This document shows, in pieces, positions 26,920-40,999 of a DNA stretch of 64,000 nt (position 1 is its first letter; each line of letters starts with the position of its first letter). The translations under genes and the position numbers were made by a program. The stretch comes from the human T2T-CHM13v2.0 reference genome, Homo sapiens: assembly GCF_009914755.1 (NCBI RefSeq), contig NC_060935.1; one strand, given 5' to 3'. A model generated the notes under the pieces. That model saw nothing but the letters and a program-made list of their open reading frames with translations. It was not told the DNA's origin and made no database searches.

Positions 26920-28290
26920 GTTGGACATTAACAAGCAGATTTCAAAAATTCACGGGAAATTGCAAAGGGCCAAGAATAGTCAAGCAATCATGAAGAAGAT
27001 CAAAAGCAGAGGGCTGACAGCAGGTCTCAAAAGTGATGACAGGGCAACAGTAAATCAGATGGTGAAGCATTGACAGGCAGCCAAACCATCAATGGAACAG
27101 AGACCCACAGACATAGGGTCCACATGTTGTGGCAGAGGTGTCCCTGCAGGGGGTGGGTTTGAATCAACAAGGTATCCCTAAGGAAAAATTGTGTCTTAAC
27201 CCTTGCCCTATAGCATGCACAAAATGCAATAGCTGATGGATTACAGATTGAAATGTGAGGGTTTTGGGAGAAACGTAAGGGAACATCATGACACATGAGC
27301 AGATGATGATTTCTTAAACAGGATACAAGAGGCACCCACCATAAAGAGAAATGCTTATAAGTTAAACAGTACTAAGGTTATTAAGAAAATCTGTTCATTA
27401 AGTGACAACAGAAAGTGAAAATGAAACCCACAGAGTAGAAGAAATTATCTGCAGTACAGTGTCTGAGTATGTAGCATTTAAAAAGAACTCATTTACAGCA
27501 ATAATTTTTGAAAAACAGCTGCACTGACATCAAAATGGGCAACAAGCTTGAACAGACACTTGACAAAAGAGGATATTCTAATTGCCAATAAGCATACAAA
27601 AAAGTGCTCACTTGTGTCAGTTGTCAGGGAAATTCAAATTAAAACCACAATGAAATACCATGTATGGTCACCAGAATAGTTAAAAAGAAGAAAAAAGATA
27701 GACAATAGCAAGTGTTGGAGGTGAGATGGGGCACCCAGGGCAGCCATGCAGTGCCTGCAGGTGGAACCACTTTGGACACTGTTTTGCAGAGTCTGCTAAA
27801 GCTGAACACATGATAACCCAAGACACAACAATTCCACTCCTATGTATATGCCCTACATAAATGTTTACATAAAGAGACACATGAGATTGTTCATAGCAAC
27901 ACTGACGTATAGTAATCCCAAACTGGAAACAACACAAATGTCCACCAACAATAGAATGAGTGAATAAGCTGTGAAATATTTGAATAGTTGAATACCAGGC
28001 AGCCATGAGAATGAATGATTAACAGCTACCTGCAGCAATGTAATGGATCCTACCTACATAATATTGAGCAAAGGAAGCCTGACACAAAAGAATGTATGCT
28101 ATATATCAAAAACAGGTGACATTTCCCATGGGGTCCAGTCAGGAAGGCACTTCCACTGTGGGAGAGAGAGGGACTGGAAGCAAGCAGATGGGTGTGTCTG
28201 AGCAGTGGCAATGTTTTGCTGCTTGGTCTGTGATTTAGCTGGTGAGAATTCATTGATCTGTGCACTTAAGACTGGCTAGTTTTTTGAAGC
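26920..28290 (+). mobile_element. L1ME-type 3' ORF2/3' UTR remnant
   Basis: gggaaattcaaattaaaaccacaatgaaatacca; ccaaactggaaacaacacaaatgtccaccaacaatagaatg. Confidence 0.85.
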
Positions 28291-28329
28291 ATGAGTTAAG
28301 AATTCTCCCTGGCTATCCATTATGATTTT

Positions 28330-29150
<821 letters not shown>

Positions 29151-30175
29151 CTCCTGCCACCTCCAGGTCTCTATTATTCAATTAAATGCAACGATTCCAT
29201 GCTCTGCTACCTCTCCTATCCAGTCTTCTGGGACAGAGGATAGGCAATGCCATGCCCACCGACTTCCACCAGCGAATGAGTGCATGGCATGGGGGATGTG
29301 CCAGCTCACTTTCCTAATGAGGAAACTGAGGCCAAAAGGAAAGCATTTGCCAGCGCCACACAGAGAGCCATGGCAGAGCTGGGGCTGGCCTCTCAGGCTC
29401 AGGGTTTCAAGGCCTGTGAGCCCTGGCCACCAGCATCTCCCTCCATCACGGATAAATGGAATCACTCAGGTGACTTGGCTTCCGCTCTGGGCTGTCCTGC
29501 AGCCCTGGGCCCTGGGAAACTTTGCTTCTTTCTGTTCCTCTTCAGTGTGGGCAACGGACGCTTCCCTGCTGAGTCTAGGGGTAGCTGGGAAGAGGGCTCA
29601 TGTTGAGCCCCTTCACCTCCACATCCCCCTCAGCACATAGGGACCAGAGGGCAAAGCAGCCTGGAGGGGAAGACTGGCATGAAGGTGAAGGGTCAGACAG
29701 TGACAGGAGGGGAGGGAGAGGAGGAGGAGGAGGGAGAGGTAAGAAGGGATGGGGAACGCGGGTATGGGAGGGTGCTGAGGAGGGGTAGGATGGGGTGCGA
29801 CAGGGGAGTGGTGCTTGCAGCAGATAAGCAAACAAAACCAAGACCTTGGACAGAGAGGGGAGGGTGGCCCCATCCAAGGTGCACTGAGAAGTGTTCTGGC
29901 CCAGGACTCAGGGGGCCTCCTGGGTTCTCACCGCAGAGCTAAATCCCCAGAGGGGATGGAATGTGGATTTGTGAAGACCTTTGGGGAAGGAAGAAGGAGC
30001 CAGCGGCCCGGGCATTGGGTTGTAGCCATGTGTGGGCAGAGATTATTCTAGTAACTCAACAGCACGATCCTACCTCAAAGACCCAGATCCTGTCTGGAGA
30101 GCTGCCTAGGCACCACCAGACCCCAAGGTTGCCCCTTCCCTTTCTGCCCGTCCGCCTCCTTCTGTGTTAGGGCGG

Positions 30176-30391
30176 CAGGGGGATCCTGCTGCAAAGGCAG
30201 ACAGGAGTGGAAGGTGGAGTGCGTGATGGAAACAAACAGGGAACTGATCGTTGGACAGCAGCTGCCCAGGGTTTCGGGGTCAGGGGTATCCTGCTGCAAA
30301 GGCAGACAGGAGTGGAAGGTGGAGTGCGTGATGGAAACAAACAGGGAACCGATCGTTGGACGGCAGCTGCCCTGGGTTTCGGAGGCAGGGG
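30176..30391. repeat. Tandem duplication, 105-bp unit x2
   Basis: atcctgctgcaaaggcagacagg... at 30183 and 30288; ~5-6 differences. Confidence 0.95.
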
Positions 30392-30689
30392 AGGTTCGCA
30401 GAGAAAACGAGGAGTTTGGGGGACAAGGTCAAAGTTTGACGGGGCTGGCGAGGTCCAGACATGTGGGAGGCAGAGAGTGATATGAGGGATGGAGCAGGTT
30501 AGAACAGCAAAGGATGCTGGGAATATCCCAAACTGCCCCTGGATGATGGAGGCTCAGAGAGGGTGCATGGCTGCCCATGTCTCCCAGCACACCCGGGCGA
30601 GCTGAGGAAAAGGCTCAGGGGCTGACAGATACAGGGACTGAGCGCGGCTAGGATAGCCCTACTGAGGGAGCCAGAGGGGCCCTGGGGAG

Positions 30690-31050
30690 ATGCCTGGCGG
30701 GCCCGTCTCCTAGCGACTGACGTCCCGCCACCCCACGGGCCCCTTGTGCTGGGCACTGCCCACCCCTGACACTGGCTGCGAGCACTTTTCACTGCTGTTC
30801 TGCATGAATAAGCGCCAGGCCTCTTGCCAATTGTCCCCCTCTTAAAAGGCAGCCCCGGCGAAAGGCCTTTTCAAGTGGGATCGCACAGTGCCACCCAGGC
30901 CGGGCGGGCATTGTTTTGGGGAGCCAGGGTCCTGCTCGGCCGCCGGGGTCGGGGGGCCCACAAAGCATGGTGATGGCGGCTCCACGCACTCAGCGCAGCA
31001 GCCCTGCTTATTAATCTGCAAAACTCACACCGATGCCTTTGGAGGGGAGA
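30690..31050. promoter_or_regulatory. CpG-enriched repeat-free segment, candidate cis-regulatory element
   Basis: Local CpG retention; SOX-like (cattgt, acaaag) and homeobox (ttattaatc) motifs. Confidence 0.35.
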
Positions 31051-31859
31051 TTGAGTGAAAACGATGTCCTTAGGGGAGTGGCCTTTGCAGGCGCCTCCTG
31101 GGTTCCTCACTACACTGATTTTAAAGGGCTGCAAACACCCATGGGCAGCCAGGTGTATCCAGAAGCCCCAGGGCTGGAGTAGAAGCTGGGATTTGGGATA
31201 TGCCCAGGCTGGTGGGGAGGCTGGGGAGGAATCCAGCTGGGGCAGAGGGGGGTGAGTCTTTTGGGGAGCTTGGGACAGTGGCCAGCCTCAACTGTGCATT
31301 GGACACACACACCCACGTTCCCCCCGCACGGCGGGGCCCCAGTGGATTGCCTGGAAACTGGCCTTCCTAGACCAGCAAGTGAGAAAACTGGCAAGGGTGG
31401 AGGAGCAGGACCCAGGATCCGGGCAGGGATCCCAAGGCAGGTCCAGGCCTCCTGGACCACAGGGGAGGAGGCAGAAGGAGGGGAGCTCTGCATCCCAGCC
31501 CGTCTGGCCCCATATCCAGTCCCCCCAGAACACTGGCCCCCTCTTGGGATGTTCCAGGGTGGACGGGTACCTCCACTGATCCCTCAACTCAAGGAAGACA
31601 GTGGCCAAGGCTGGTGTCTGTGGGGTGTAGGAAGTATTGGGGGCTCCTCTGGGCTGAGGGGCTCCACCAGCCACCCCTGGAGGCAGCCTGTCCCCAAAGG
31701 CTCGTTCTGTGGAAGTCAGTCCTGTCATACGTATTGAAATTTGCAGACAAAACGCCTCCAGGGATTGGAGTTGGTTTCCACAGTTCACTCCACTCTCCTC
31801 CTTTCGTAAATGTTTGCAATTTTCCATAGTAATTGTTAAAGGGCATTCGAATCATAGTT

Positions 31860-32380
31860 TCTTATAAAGCTAAGCCTTTGTCAATCCTATGGCCCAGCAA
31901 GCCCACTCCAGGGTATCTGCACAGGAGAAATGAGTACAGACGTCCTTCCACACGGAAGCTCCGTGCACACGGGGGTTCACAGCGTCTATATTCCTCAAAT
32001 TGGACTCACCCACACGCCCACCAGTAGGCAACAGCGGTAGATCCACACAGCAGAACATCACTCAGCAGGGAAAAAGGACAAACCACAGATGCGACATTGG
32101 TGAGTCCCGAAAACACTGCGCTGAGCAAAAGAAGCCAGACAGAGAACGCACCATGTGAGTCTATTCATACAAAGTTCAAAACGGGCAAAACTTGTCTATG
32201 GCAATGAGACGTATTGAGTATGCTGGCGACTGAGAGAACTTGTAGGGTGGATGAAGTAGTTCCGTTTCTTGAGCTGGGAGTGTGGGTGATGTAGGTGTAG
32301 ACAAGTGGAAGAGGTCATTGAGTGGTCACGTAAGATCTGGCTGTTTTACTATATGAACATTGTACTGAATATTTTTAAAA
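31860..32380 (+). mobile_element. L1ME 3' end remnant
   Basis: ctgagcaaaagaagccagaca...aagttcaaaacgggcaaaact. Confidence 0.7.
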
Positions 32381-34202
32381 ATCAGTTGATTCTGGTGGGA
32401 ACATGGAGAGGAAGGAAGGTGGCCGGTGGAACACCAGCATGTGGTGTGGGTGACACTGGCTCGTGGGACCAGGAGAAACCAGGGTCACACAGCACAGTCC
32501 CCGTCATGTGCTGTGCAGCCCTGGGCAGGTTGCTCCCCCTCTCTGTGCCTCTCTTCCTGCACTGGGCATGGTAAGGTGAGATGAGGCCTGGGAAGCACTG
32601 GCCTGGTTAGCCCATCACTGCCTGGCTGGTGTTTCCACCGTTTGTGATGGCTGTTCTGGTGTCACCGGGCCTCCTGTGTGTCCCGGCAGCGAGCGCCTCA
32701 CCCTGGCTCTGTGCCTAGTAGGTTCCAGAGGCCCGCTCCGTGCTGTCGGGACCCAGCTATGGGAGACAGATGGACACGTGCCCCTCAGTAGGGATCCCAA
32801 CACAGCCCAGCTCTACCATGCCCTGGCAAGGGCCTGTGGTGCAGCAGTGCAGTGGGAGACGTCGTCGTCCACGCCAGACACTAATCCCTTCAAGGCTAAT
32901 ATGTCCCCAGACTCCAGACACCCCTGGAGGTGACAGGGACCCTGTGTCCACAGCAGGGTGGGCAGCTGGCCCCAGGCTGCTGATCAAATCCACAGTGGAG
33001 TCATGGCTGGTGTTGGGGCCCCAAGTACTAACCTGCAGTAAGGTGACTCCCAGGAGGGCAGGGGTACAGGCGAGGACAAGGTATCCCAGGGTGGGAAAGC
33101 TCTGTGGAAGGGCAGAATCGGACTCCCATCTTCTGCACCGATCCCCAGTGGGCCTCAAGGGTGCCTCCCCCATCATCACTGAGCACCCCTGGGGCCAATG
33201 CTAGGTGGGGCAGCTGTCGTCCTTATCTCCCTCGGAAGCCGGCTGCTGGGAGGGCTGGAGGTGGCTTCATGATGGCAGGAGGTAACGTTACAACCTGCTC
33301 TGAAGAGGGGTGGGCCGGCAGGCGAGGCTGTGGTCTGATCCAAGGCAGGGAGTGGCCTGAAGGGAAGGATGGGAGGCAAAAGCGGGAGGCAGATGAGAGT
33401 CCTGCCTGGTGCCAAAAAAACCCATGCAAAGGCCCTGGGGTAGCCCGGAGCATGGCCCACTAGAAGATCTGAAAGAGGGGAAGGAGCTGGTGGGGCCGGA
33501 GCGTCTGGACCATGAAGGAAGCTGGACTTGGGGGTGGCAGTGGGAGCTACGGGGATTTGCCAACCTGGGTGACCTGGCCGATTCTCCAGGGCTGCTGCTC
33601 CCGGCTCATCCTCCCGCACTGACCCCAGCCATCGGGAAGGAGAGGCTGGCAGGCCATCCACACTGCAGGGCCCGCCCACGGCCTCTGCCCTTCCTTGGGC
33701 CTGGGAAAGACAGAGGCTTCTGCTCCCATCCCCCAGAGGGCCGAGGAGGGCAGCGGGGATGGGGAGGAACACTGTGGGAAACAGCACAGTCCCCCAGGGC
33801 TCTGCCTGGGTCCTGTGGCTTCTTGCACCAGATAAAGACTTTGCGCCTCCACAGAGCAGCGGACCCTGGGAGCTGGCGTGGAAGCAGAATCCTGCTAATT
33901 CCCTCCCAGGTCCCCCCGCCGTGGGGACAGGAGCAGAGCAGTGTGGGTCTCGGGCCTCTGCCAAGTAAGAGACACAAGGAACAGAAACCTGCCATGATCA
34001 CAGGGCCACGCAGGGACAGGGCTGGATTTAGGTCCAGGTCGCTGGACCCCTAAGAGGGATGTTTTCTGCGGGCAGCCTGGAAAAGCCAGTGGTGGGCGTG
34101 GGCGGTGGTTTAATTCATCATCACACATCTGCTTTGTCGGTGCCCTGGTTCCTGGCTGCCTGGCTCCCCCTCTAGACTAGAAACACCACGGGGAAGAAAT
34201 CT

Positions 34203-34512
34203 TTGTCTTTTTTCTTTCTTCCTATTTTGAGTGGAGGCTTTGCTCTGTCACCCAGGCTGGTGTGCAGTGGCGCAATCACAGCTCACTGCAGCCTTGAGCC
34301 CAGGCTCAAGCGATCCTCACCCCTCAGCCTCCCAAGTAGCTGAGTCCCCAGGCATGTACCACCATGCCTGGCTAATTTTTTTATTTTCTGCAGAGGTGGG
34401 GTCTCGCTGTGTTGCTCAGGCTGGTCTTGAACTCCTGGGCTCAGGCAATGGATCCTCTCCTCTCGGTCTCCCAAAGTGCTGGGATCACAGGCGTGAGCCA
34501 CCGCGCCTTGCC
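34203..34512 (-). mobile_element. AluJ
   Basis: Reverse Alu with J-type cacagctcactgcagccttg; TSD-like atctttgtctt. Confidence 0.93.
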
Positions 34513-35289
34513 TTGGATCTTTGTCTTCTTGACAGAGAGGAACAAAGGCGAGGTGCTGCTGGCAGAGATGGGCTGGAGTAAAGGAACCAGAGAATGCAGT
34601 GGCTGGTGGCAGCTGGCTGAGTCGGGAGAGGGCAGTCGGCCAGAGTTCGTGTGTGGGCAGGGGAGAAGGGTGGGAGTCCTTGAGCTACCTCTTCTAGCCT
34701 CTACCACTGACAGCAAGAGGGTCCCAGGCCCCTCCCTCTTGCTGCAGACAGCAGGGCTCCAGGTGATGAGAACCCTGCCCTCAGTGACAGAACCATCCAG
34801 ATCGGGGCCAGGTCCTGGGATGAAGCCCAGGATGGAGGCAGCCAGAGACCCCACAGATGGGACCCAGGATTCCTGGGGAGCTTTCCCGCACTTGTCCAGC
34901 ATCCCCTGGCTGGGCCTGCTGGCTCCTAAAGCTTCTGTGATATTGCTCAGGGACCCCCGGTCCTTCCTCCAAGCTCGAGGCCCTGCAGTCCACCACCCTT
35001 CCCCAACCAAGCAGAGCCCCCTTAGCCCTAAGTCTCGAGGCACAGGCTTCATGAGTGGGCACCTCTATCCTCCAGGGAAGCCCAGAAGGAAAAGCCCAGA
35101 AAACTCATTCTTGAAAGCCAAGAGATGACCAGAGGCACAGCCGTAACTCCCCTGAAGAAACCGGCTGGAACCAGCATTCCCCTTGCAGAAACCCCAGACA
35201 CACATGGACACGCCTGCCTCCACCTCAGACCCGTGGCCCTGTGGCCCCTCACAGTGTCCAGTTAACAGTACAAGGTACTGAGGCTAGAT

Positions 35290-35508
35290 TAGAGGGTCTC
35301 AGCAGGGGGTGATGGTGCCCCCAGGGGCCACGTGGCAGTGCCTGGAGACATTTTTGGCTGTAACAACTCTGGAGAGGGGAGGAGTGCTATGAGCATCCTG
35401 CAGGCAGAGGCCGGGGCTGCGGCTACACATCCTACAGGGCCGAGGACAGCCCCACCCCAAGAATGGCCCAGCCCCAAATGTCAGAAATGCAGAGGCCCAG
35501 AAACTCTG
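35290..35508 (+). mobile_element. MER20 hAT-Charlie MITE
   Basis: cctggagacatttttggctgtaacaact...cagccccaaatgtcagaaatgc...agaaactctg. Confidence 0.85.
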
Positions 35509-36567
35509 GCCTGCCCCCAGGGAGCTTGGGCCAATGGAGGACAAGAGAGCTACCGGCTGATCTCGACATCTTGTTCTGAGGATTTTCTTTTAAACAGACG
35601 CCCTCAGGTGAAAGATGACCACAGAGCCAGTCTAGAGAAGGAGGCAGCTGCCCTTCTGTTTTCCAGGCCAACTGACCCACCCTAGTGCAAGCAGCACAGG
35701 CCCTTTATCCATTTGTGGGCCCCCCCCTGTTCACCAGCCTCCAAGGGCACACCCAGTCCTCCCAGGTTTGTGAATGACAGCTGTCCCACCAGAAGTCACT
35801 GACGGAATGGGCTGGCTGAAGCCGTTTCTGTTTTCTGTCCTTGCCGCCATCCACCTCTGTTTTTATGTCCAAAGAACCCTGCCCAGGGCAATGACCACCC
35901 TTGGCTTTTAGAAGCTGGGCACACGAGTGGTGACCTCTGCCCAGGCCATGCCTAGTGCTGGTGGCTTCAGGGCCAAAAAGGGATTCATTCAGGTGCTGTG
36001 ATCCAAAGACAACAGTGGACACTGGGTGGTGGAAACCGGTGCCTACTGTAGGCAGGATGCCAGACAAATGTGGCCCACCCCTTCCTGTAGCCACCAGGAC
36101 TGGATCCACCCAGAGAATCCCACCCCCAAGAAGCCATCCCCCAACCCCTCTGGAAACCCCATGCTGTAGGCCTTTGTTAAAGGGTCCAACAATTCATGCT
36201 GTGACATCCATTCATCCCCCTGGCTGGACCATGGGCCTTAGGAGGGCAGGGCAGAAGCGTGGTTGCCTCCACAGCCCAGCACAGAGCAGCAGAGCAGCAC
36301 AGCACTGGCCAGGGCACAGCCTTCTTCCTCCCAGTGGTCAGCAGATGAGTGAGACACAATGCCTGCTCCTGCAGCTCCCACTCTCGGGGGATCAAACACT
36401 ACCAGCTGAGTTAGAGTGTCCTGGGCCACCAGTGAGCTTGGACAGAGTGCTTGAGGGGTTGAACGAAGGAGGCTGGGGTCAGAGAAGATATTGGAACAAG
36501 AATGAGGTGGCATCTAGAGCCCTTGCTCACTCACATGGAACATTTGGGTGAATTTTTAAAAGCTGCC

Positions 36568-36938
36568 TGTGATGGGCTGAATTGTATCCCTCTGAAATTC
36601 ACACATTGAGCTCTTAACCCCCAGTATCTCAGCATTTGGAGCTAGGGTCTTTAAAGAGGTAATCAAGTTAAAGTGAAGTCATTAGGGTGGGCCCTAATCC
36701 CATATGACTGTGTCCTTTTAATAAAAGGAGATGAGGACACAGACACACACAGAGGGATGACCATGTGAAGACACAGGGAGAAGGCAGTGTCTACAAGCCA
36801 CGGAGAGAGGCCTCAGGAGGAACCAGCCCTGTGAAACCTTGATGATGGCCTTCCAGCCTCCAGGACTGTGAGAACATAAATGCCTGCTATTTAGGCACTC
36901 GTCTGTGGTGCTTTGTCACAGCAGCCTGAGCTAGAACA
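36568..36938 (+). mobile_element. MLT1A0-type solo LTR
   Basis: tgtgatgggctgaattgt...gtcattagggtgggccctaatcc...ttccagcctccaggactgtgaga...aaca. Confidence 0.9.
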
Positions 36939-37292
36939 GCGCCCACCTGTCTGCATGGACACAGCCCCATGCCCCCAGTCAGGAGGAGGAGGGAATTCAC
37001 AGACTGCCTGTGCAAAGGCCCTGTGGTCAGAAAGAATGTGGTTCATTCCATAAACTGCCAGAAGGACCAGTATTAGTGGGGAGAGATGAGTGTGACCAAG
37101 CAGGAAAATGTAGACATTGGTGATGAGCTGTGTCCTAAAGTCCAGACAATGGGGAGATCTTGCAGGGTATTAAATTGATACAGTCACATTTAGTGGCTTA
37201 GACATCCCTCTGACCACAGTCTGACCTGTCATCTGGGGGTAAGAATGGCCGTAAAACCCTCACTCCCCAGTCATTGTGATGTGGTTGCCTTG

Positions 37293-37702
37293 GAATCCCT
37301 CCTCAGAATTCCCTCCTCAAGATCCCTCTCAAGATCCCTCCTCAGGATCCCTCCTCAGGATCCCTTCTCAGGATTCCCTCCTTAGGATCCCTCCTTAAGG
37401 TCCCTCCTCAGAATCTCCTCCTCAAGATTCCTCCTCAGGATCCCTCCTCAGAATCCCCTCCTCAAGATTTCTCCTCAGGATCCCTCCTCAGAATCCCCTC
37501 TTCAAGATTCCTCCTCAGGATCCCCACTCAGGATCCCTCTTCAAGATTCCTCAGGATTCCCTCCTCGGGATCCCTCTTCAGGATCCCTCCTCAGAATCTC
37601 TCCTAATGATTCCCTCCTCAGGATCCCTCCTCAGGATTCCTCCTCAGGACCCCCTCCCTCAGGATTCCCCCCTAGGATCCCTCCTCAGGGCTCCCTCTCA
37701 GG
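37293..37702. repeat. Degenerate 13-14-bp minisatellite (aggatccctcctc), ~30 copies
   Basis: Read directly. Confidence 0.93.
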
Positions 37703-38514
37703 AAGCCAGCATGTCCAGTTGGTTTCATCTGGAAACCAACCCCATTGCTAGGCCTGACTTAGAAGGACATGCGAGTGACAGAAACAGCAAACTCATTATG
37801 AAAGGGATGGGGGAGGAGGAAGAGGAGGAAGCGACGAGGACAGGAGGAAGGAGGCAGCGCCCTGAGGACAGCCGAGGCTGAGGGCCCTGTGGAGTCTGGG
37901 AAGCCTAGAGAGCGGAGCAGCTGGGGCGCTGTCCTCAGCCCAGCTGTGGGTGCAAGACCACCGGGGGCCTGCAGAGCCCCCAGAAGCATGCTTGTGTGGG
38001 GGTGGCCAGAGAAGGGACATGAAGAGCGAGGGGGTCCACATCGGGGGGGCTCAGTAGGGCGTAGGGTGTGGGGTGGGTGTGGTGAGCAAGACAGAGGCCA
38101 CAGTGGGGACCAGGAAGGGGGCTCTGGGCAGCAGGATGTGGGGGGGCCCGGGGCAAATGCTGACTCCGGGATCCCTGGGCACCAGCAGCCACGCCAGCCA
38201 CCCCACCCCTCACGTGCCCACAGCAGGCTGGGCACGGGCAGCACCGAGCTGTGCTGTGTACCACACTGAGATGTTTAAATGACGGGGTAAATGCACTCTC
38301 CCCCTCCCTCCTGCTGCCAGCATTCCTGAGGCCGGGCCTGGGTTTTGGTTACCAGGCAGCCGAGGAGCCAGAGGGCACCCCCGCAAGGCAGCCTGAGCCA
38401 GAAACTGCTGACGGCTCTTTTTCTGCAGCAGCAATTTAGCAAGTCCCAACTGGTGACCTCGGTTAGCAACAAGGAACGTGGAAAATACTCACCATCGTGG
38501 ATGACTGTGGGCCG

Positions 38515-38935
38515 ACGTGCGTGTGCATGCGTGTGCATTTGTGCATGTGTGTGTAGGGGTATTGCGTGTCTGTGAGTCAGCCTGTGTGCTGTGTGAGTTG
38601 GTCAAGGGCACCCGTGTGAGTTGATGAGCATGCACACCCACATGGGAGCACACACGTCTTTGCCCGTGTGCACTGGGGCATGGGCCTGTGTTTGCAGGGC
38701 GTGTGCCTCGTGTGGCCTGCAGCTACAGTTTGGTGTGCACCTGAGCTAACATGCCCAGGCACCTGTCAGGGCACAGGTCTCTCTGTGGATATCTGGGAAC
38801 ATACATGTGTGCACGTGTGTACTTGCACAGACACTCTGTGTGTGGGTGTGGGTGCCTGGGCGAGTCTGTGTGCTTTTGTGTCTGGGCATGTGAGAATATC
38901 TGTGTGTGCTTCCACATGAGTGGTGCGTGTGTTTG
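38515..38935. repeat. TG-rich low-complexity region
   Basis: Degenerate (TG)n/gtgtgcat runs. Confidence 0.7.
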
Positions 38936-39023
38936 AGGAAACGCCCTGTTCTCACCAGAGTCCCCATGTGGTGCACAGGACCCAGCATACGGAGGGGACA
39001 CAGGAGGCACTAGAATGTGGAGG

Positions 39024-39516
39024 GACATTAGTCAGGGTTTTCCAGAGAAACAGAATCAATAGGGTGTGTGTATATAGAGGAGATTTATATTGAAGAACTG
39101 GCTCACACAGTGATGGAGGCCGGTGAGTTCCAGGCTCTGCCATCAGGAAGCTGGAGGCCCAGGAGGGCCTGTGGTGTGGTTCCAGTCCAGAGGCTGGTGG
39201 GCTCTAAACCCAGGAGGAGCCCACGGTTTAGTTTGAATCTGAAGGCAGGAAAAGACCAGTGGCCCAGCTCAGGGAGGCAGGAGAATCCCCACTGGCCTGG
39301 GGGAGGGTGGGCCCCTGTGTTCTCTACAGGCCCTGGATGGATGGGGTGAGGCCCATCCCTGGGAGTGGGGGTAGTGGGGCACACTGCTTATTCCATCTAC
39401 ACATCGTTGTGCTAATCACATCCAGAAACACCCTCACAGACACACCCAGAATCATTTGACCCAATATCTGGGCACCCTGTGGCCCAATCAAGTTGACACA
39501 TACAGTTAACCATCAT
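39024..39516 (-). mobile_element. MLT2 (B/C-like) ERVL solo LTR
   Basis: ttagtcagggttttccagagaaacagaatcaatagg...ctgggcaccctgtggcccaatcaagttgacaca...ttaaccatca. Confidence 0.9.
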
Positions 39517-40999
39517 AGGTAGGAAGATGGCTGGATGGGTGAGTGGGTGGATAAACGGGTGGATGGGTGGGTGAGTTGGAGGCAGTTCCAGGGAGGTCTG
39601 TACCCACTGGGCTCCCTGAGGCAGAGAAGGGATGGTAGGAAGAACAGGTCCATCTGGGGAGTACAAGAGGAATTTGCCTTATTATCATTCTGAGAGAAAC
39701 CCCCAAACTGGAGAAAATTCTAGATCTGTGTAACATGGTCAGTAGCTCACCCCATGTAGCAAGAAAAGGACCAGAAATGCCACTGCCTTCTCTGAGACAG
39801 GAGCATGCATGATGCAGCTGCCCACACCCCACCCCACCCCAGAGCCCTGCCTAGTGGGTCCTCAAACTGCACTATGCTTCCTTCAGTTCCCCAGGAGCCA
39901 AAACCCTCTTCGCCTCCAGATCTTTGCCTCTTTCCCCCACCCTGACCCTTCCCTTCCTGTGGCTGCTTCCCCGTGATCCTTTGGGTTATAGCGGGAACAA
40001 CTCCCTCTCCTCCTGCCCACCCCCACCGGTTCTCAGGCTGGGTGGGTGCCCTCCCTGGGGGCCGCCCCTGCCCTCTCCTGGCACTGCAGGATGGTGAGGG
40101 GTCCAGGGCCCGACAGCGTGCTCAGGTTCCAGGCCTGCCCCATCCTGAGCCAGCAGCACCCCATGCCGCCGTTTCCTTGTTTGTGACAAGTCACTCGCAG
40201 TGTTGCCTGGAAGATCCCCTGAGTCACACGTGAAATGTGTTCAGCACAGGGCCTAGGAGAAAGCAAAGTCGTGGAAAATGCCGGCAATTCCCATGGTCAT
40301 GACTGCGGTCCTTCCCATGCTGCATTTCCACACAAGGTGAGGTGCTGTGTCCTCCAGGCCTGGCACTCTACGTGGCTCCTTTGAGGGTAGAGTCCCCTCA
40401 GAGGCGGCAGGGACTGAGTGAAGCGACCTGTCTTGCCTCTGTCCTGGCCTTGCTTGCACCCCATTTTCCTGGAGGCTGCCAAGCAGAAGCTGCAGGTGTT
40501 CCCTGCTGGCACAGGCGCCTGGGAGGCTGTTGGCCCTCGGAGCAGGTGCCAGGCCCTGTGGTTGGGATCAGGGATGAGCTCCGTGTCAGGGTAACATGAA
40601 CTTCCTAGGAGCCTTCATCCAGAGGAGGGAGCCTCAGCAGGCAGCGGGCACCTCAGACCTGCCAAGTCAGAGAAAAGAGAGATTCAGAGAGAGACCGAGA
40701 GTGAGACAGAAACAGAGACAGGATGCGAGAAGGAGAGATGACACTGGAAACACAAAAACCAAGTAAGTCAGAGCCCGGAATGCGGAGAGGCAGGGCTGGA
40801 GGGGAAGGGACAAGGGAGGGGGAGGAGCAGGTGACACACATGCCCACAGCCAAAGGGGCATGGCCTGTCCACTGGGAATCCCACCCGATTCCCACCTGCC
40901 AAGAGAATGCCAGTGAGGGCTCTAAGAGGGACAGCAAAAATCCACTCTTGAGGCCTTTTGCAGTAGATAAAGTAGGTCCACTTCCAGGACCTCCTGTTG

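Noticed and set aside
33176-35128. ORFs of 262, 214, 239 and 203 aa
   Set aside because: No recognisable family; antiparallel overlaps; two overlap an Alu.
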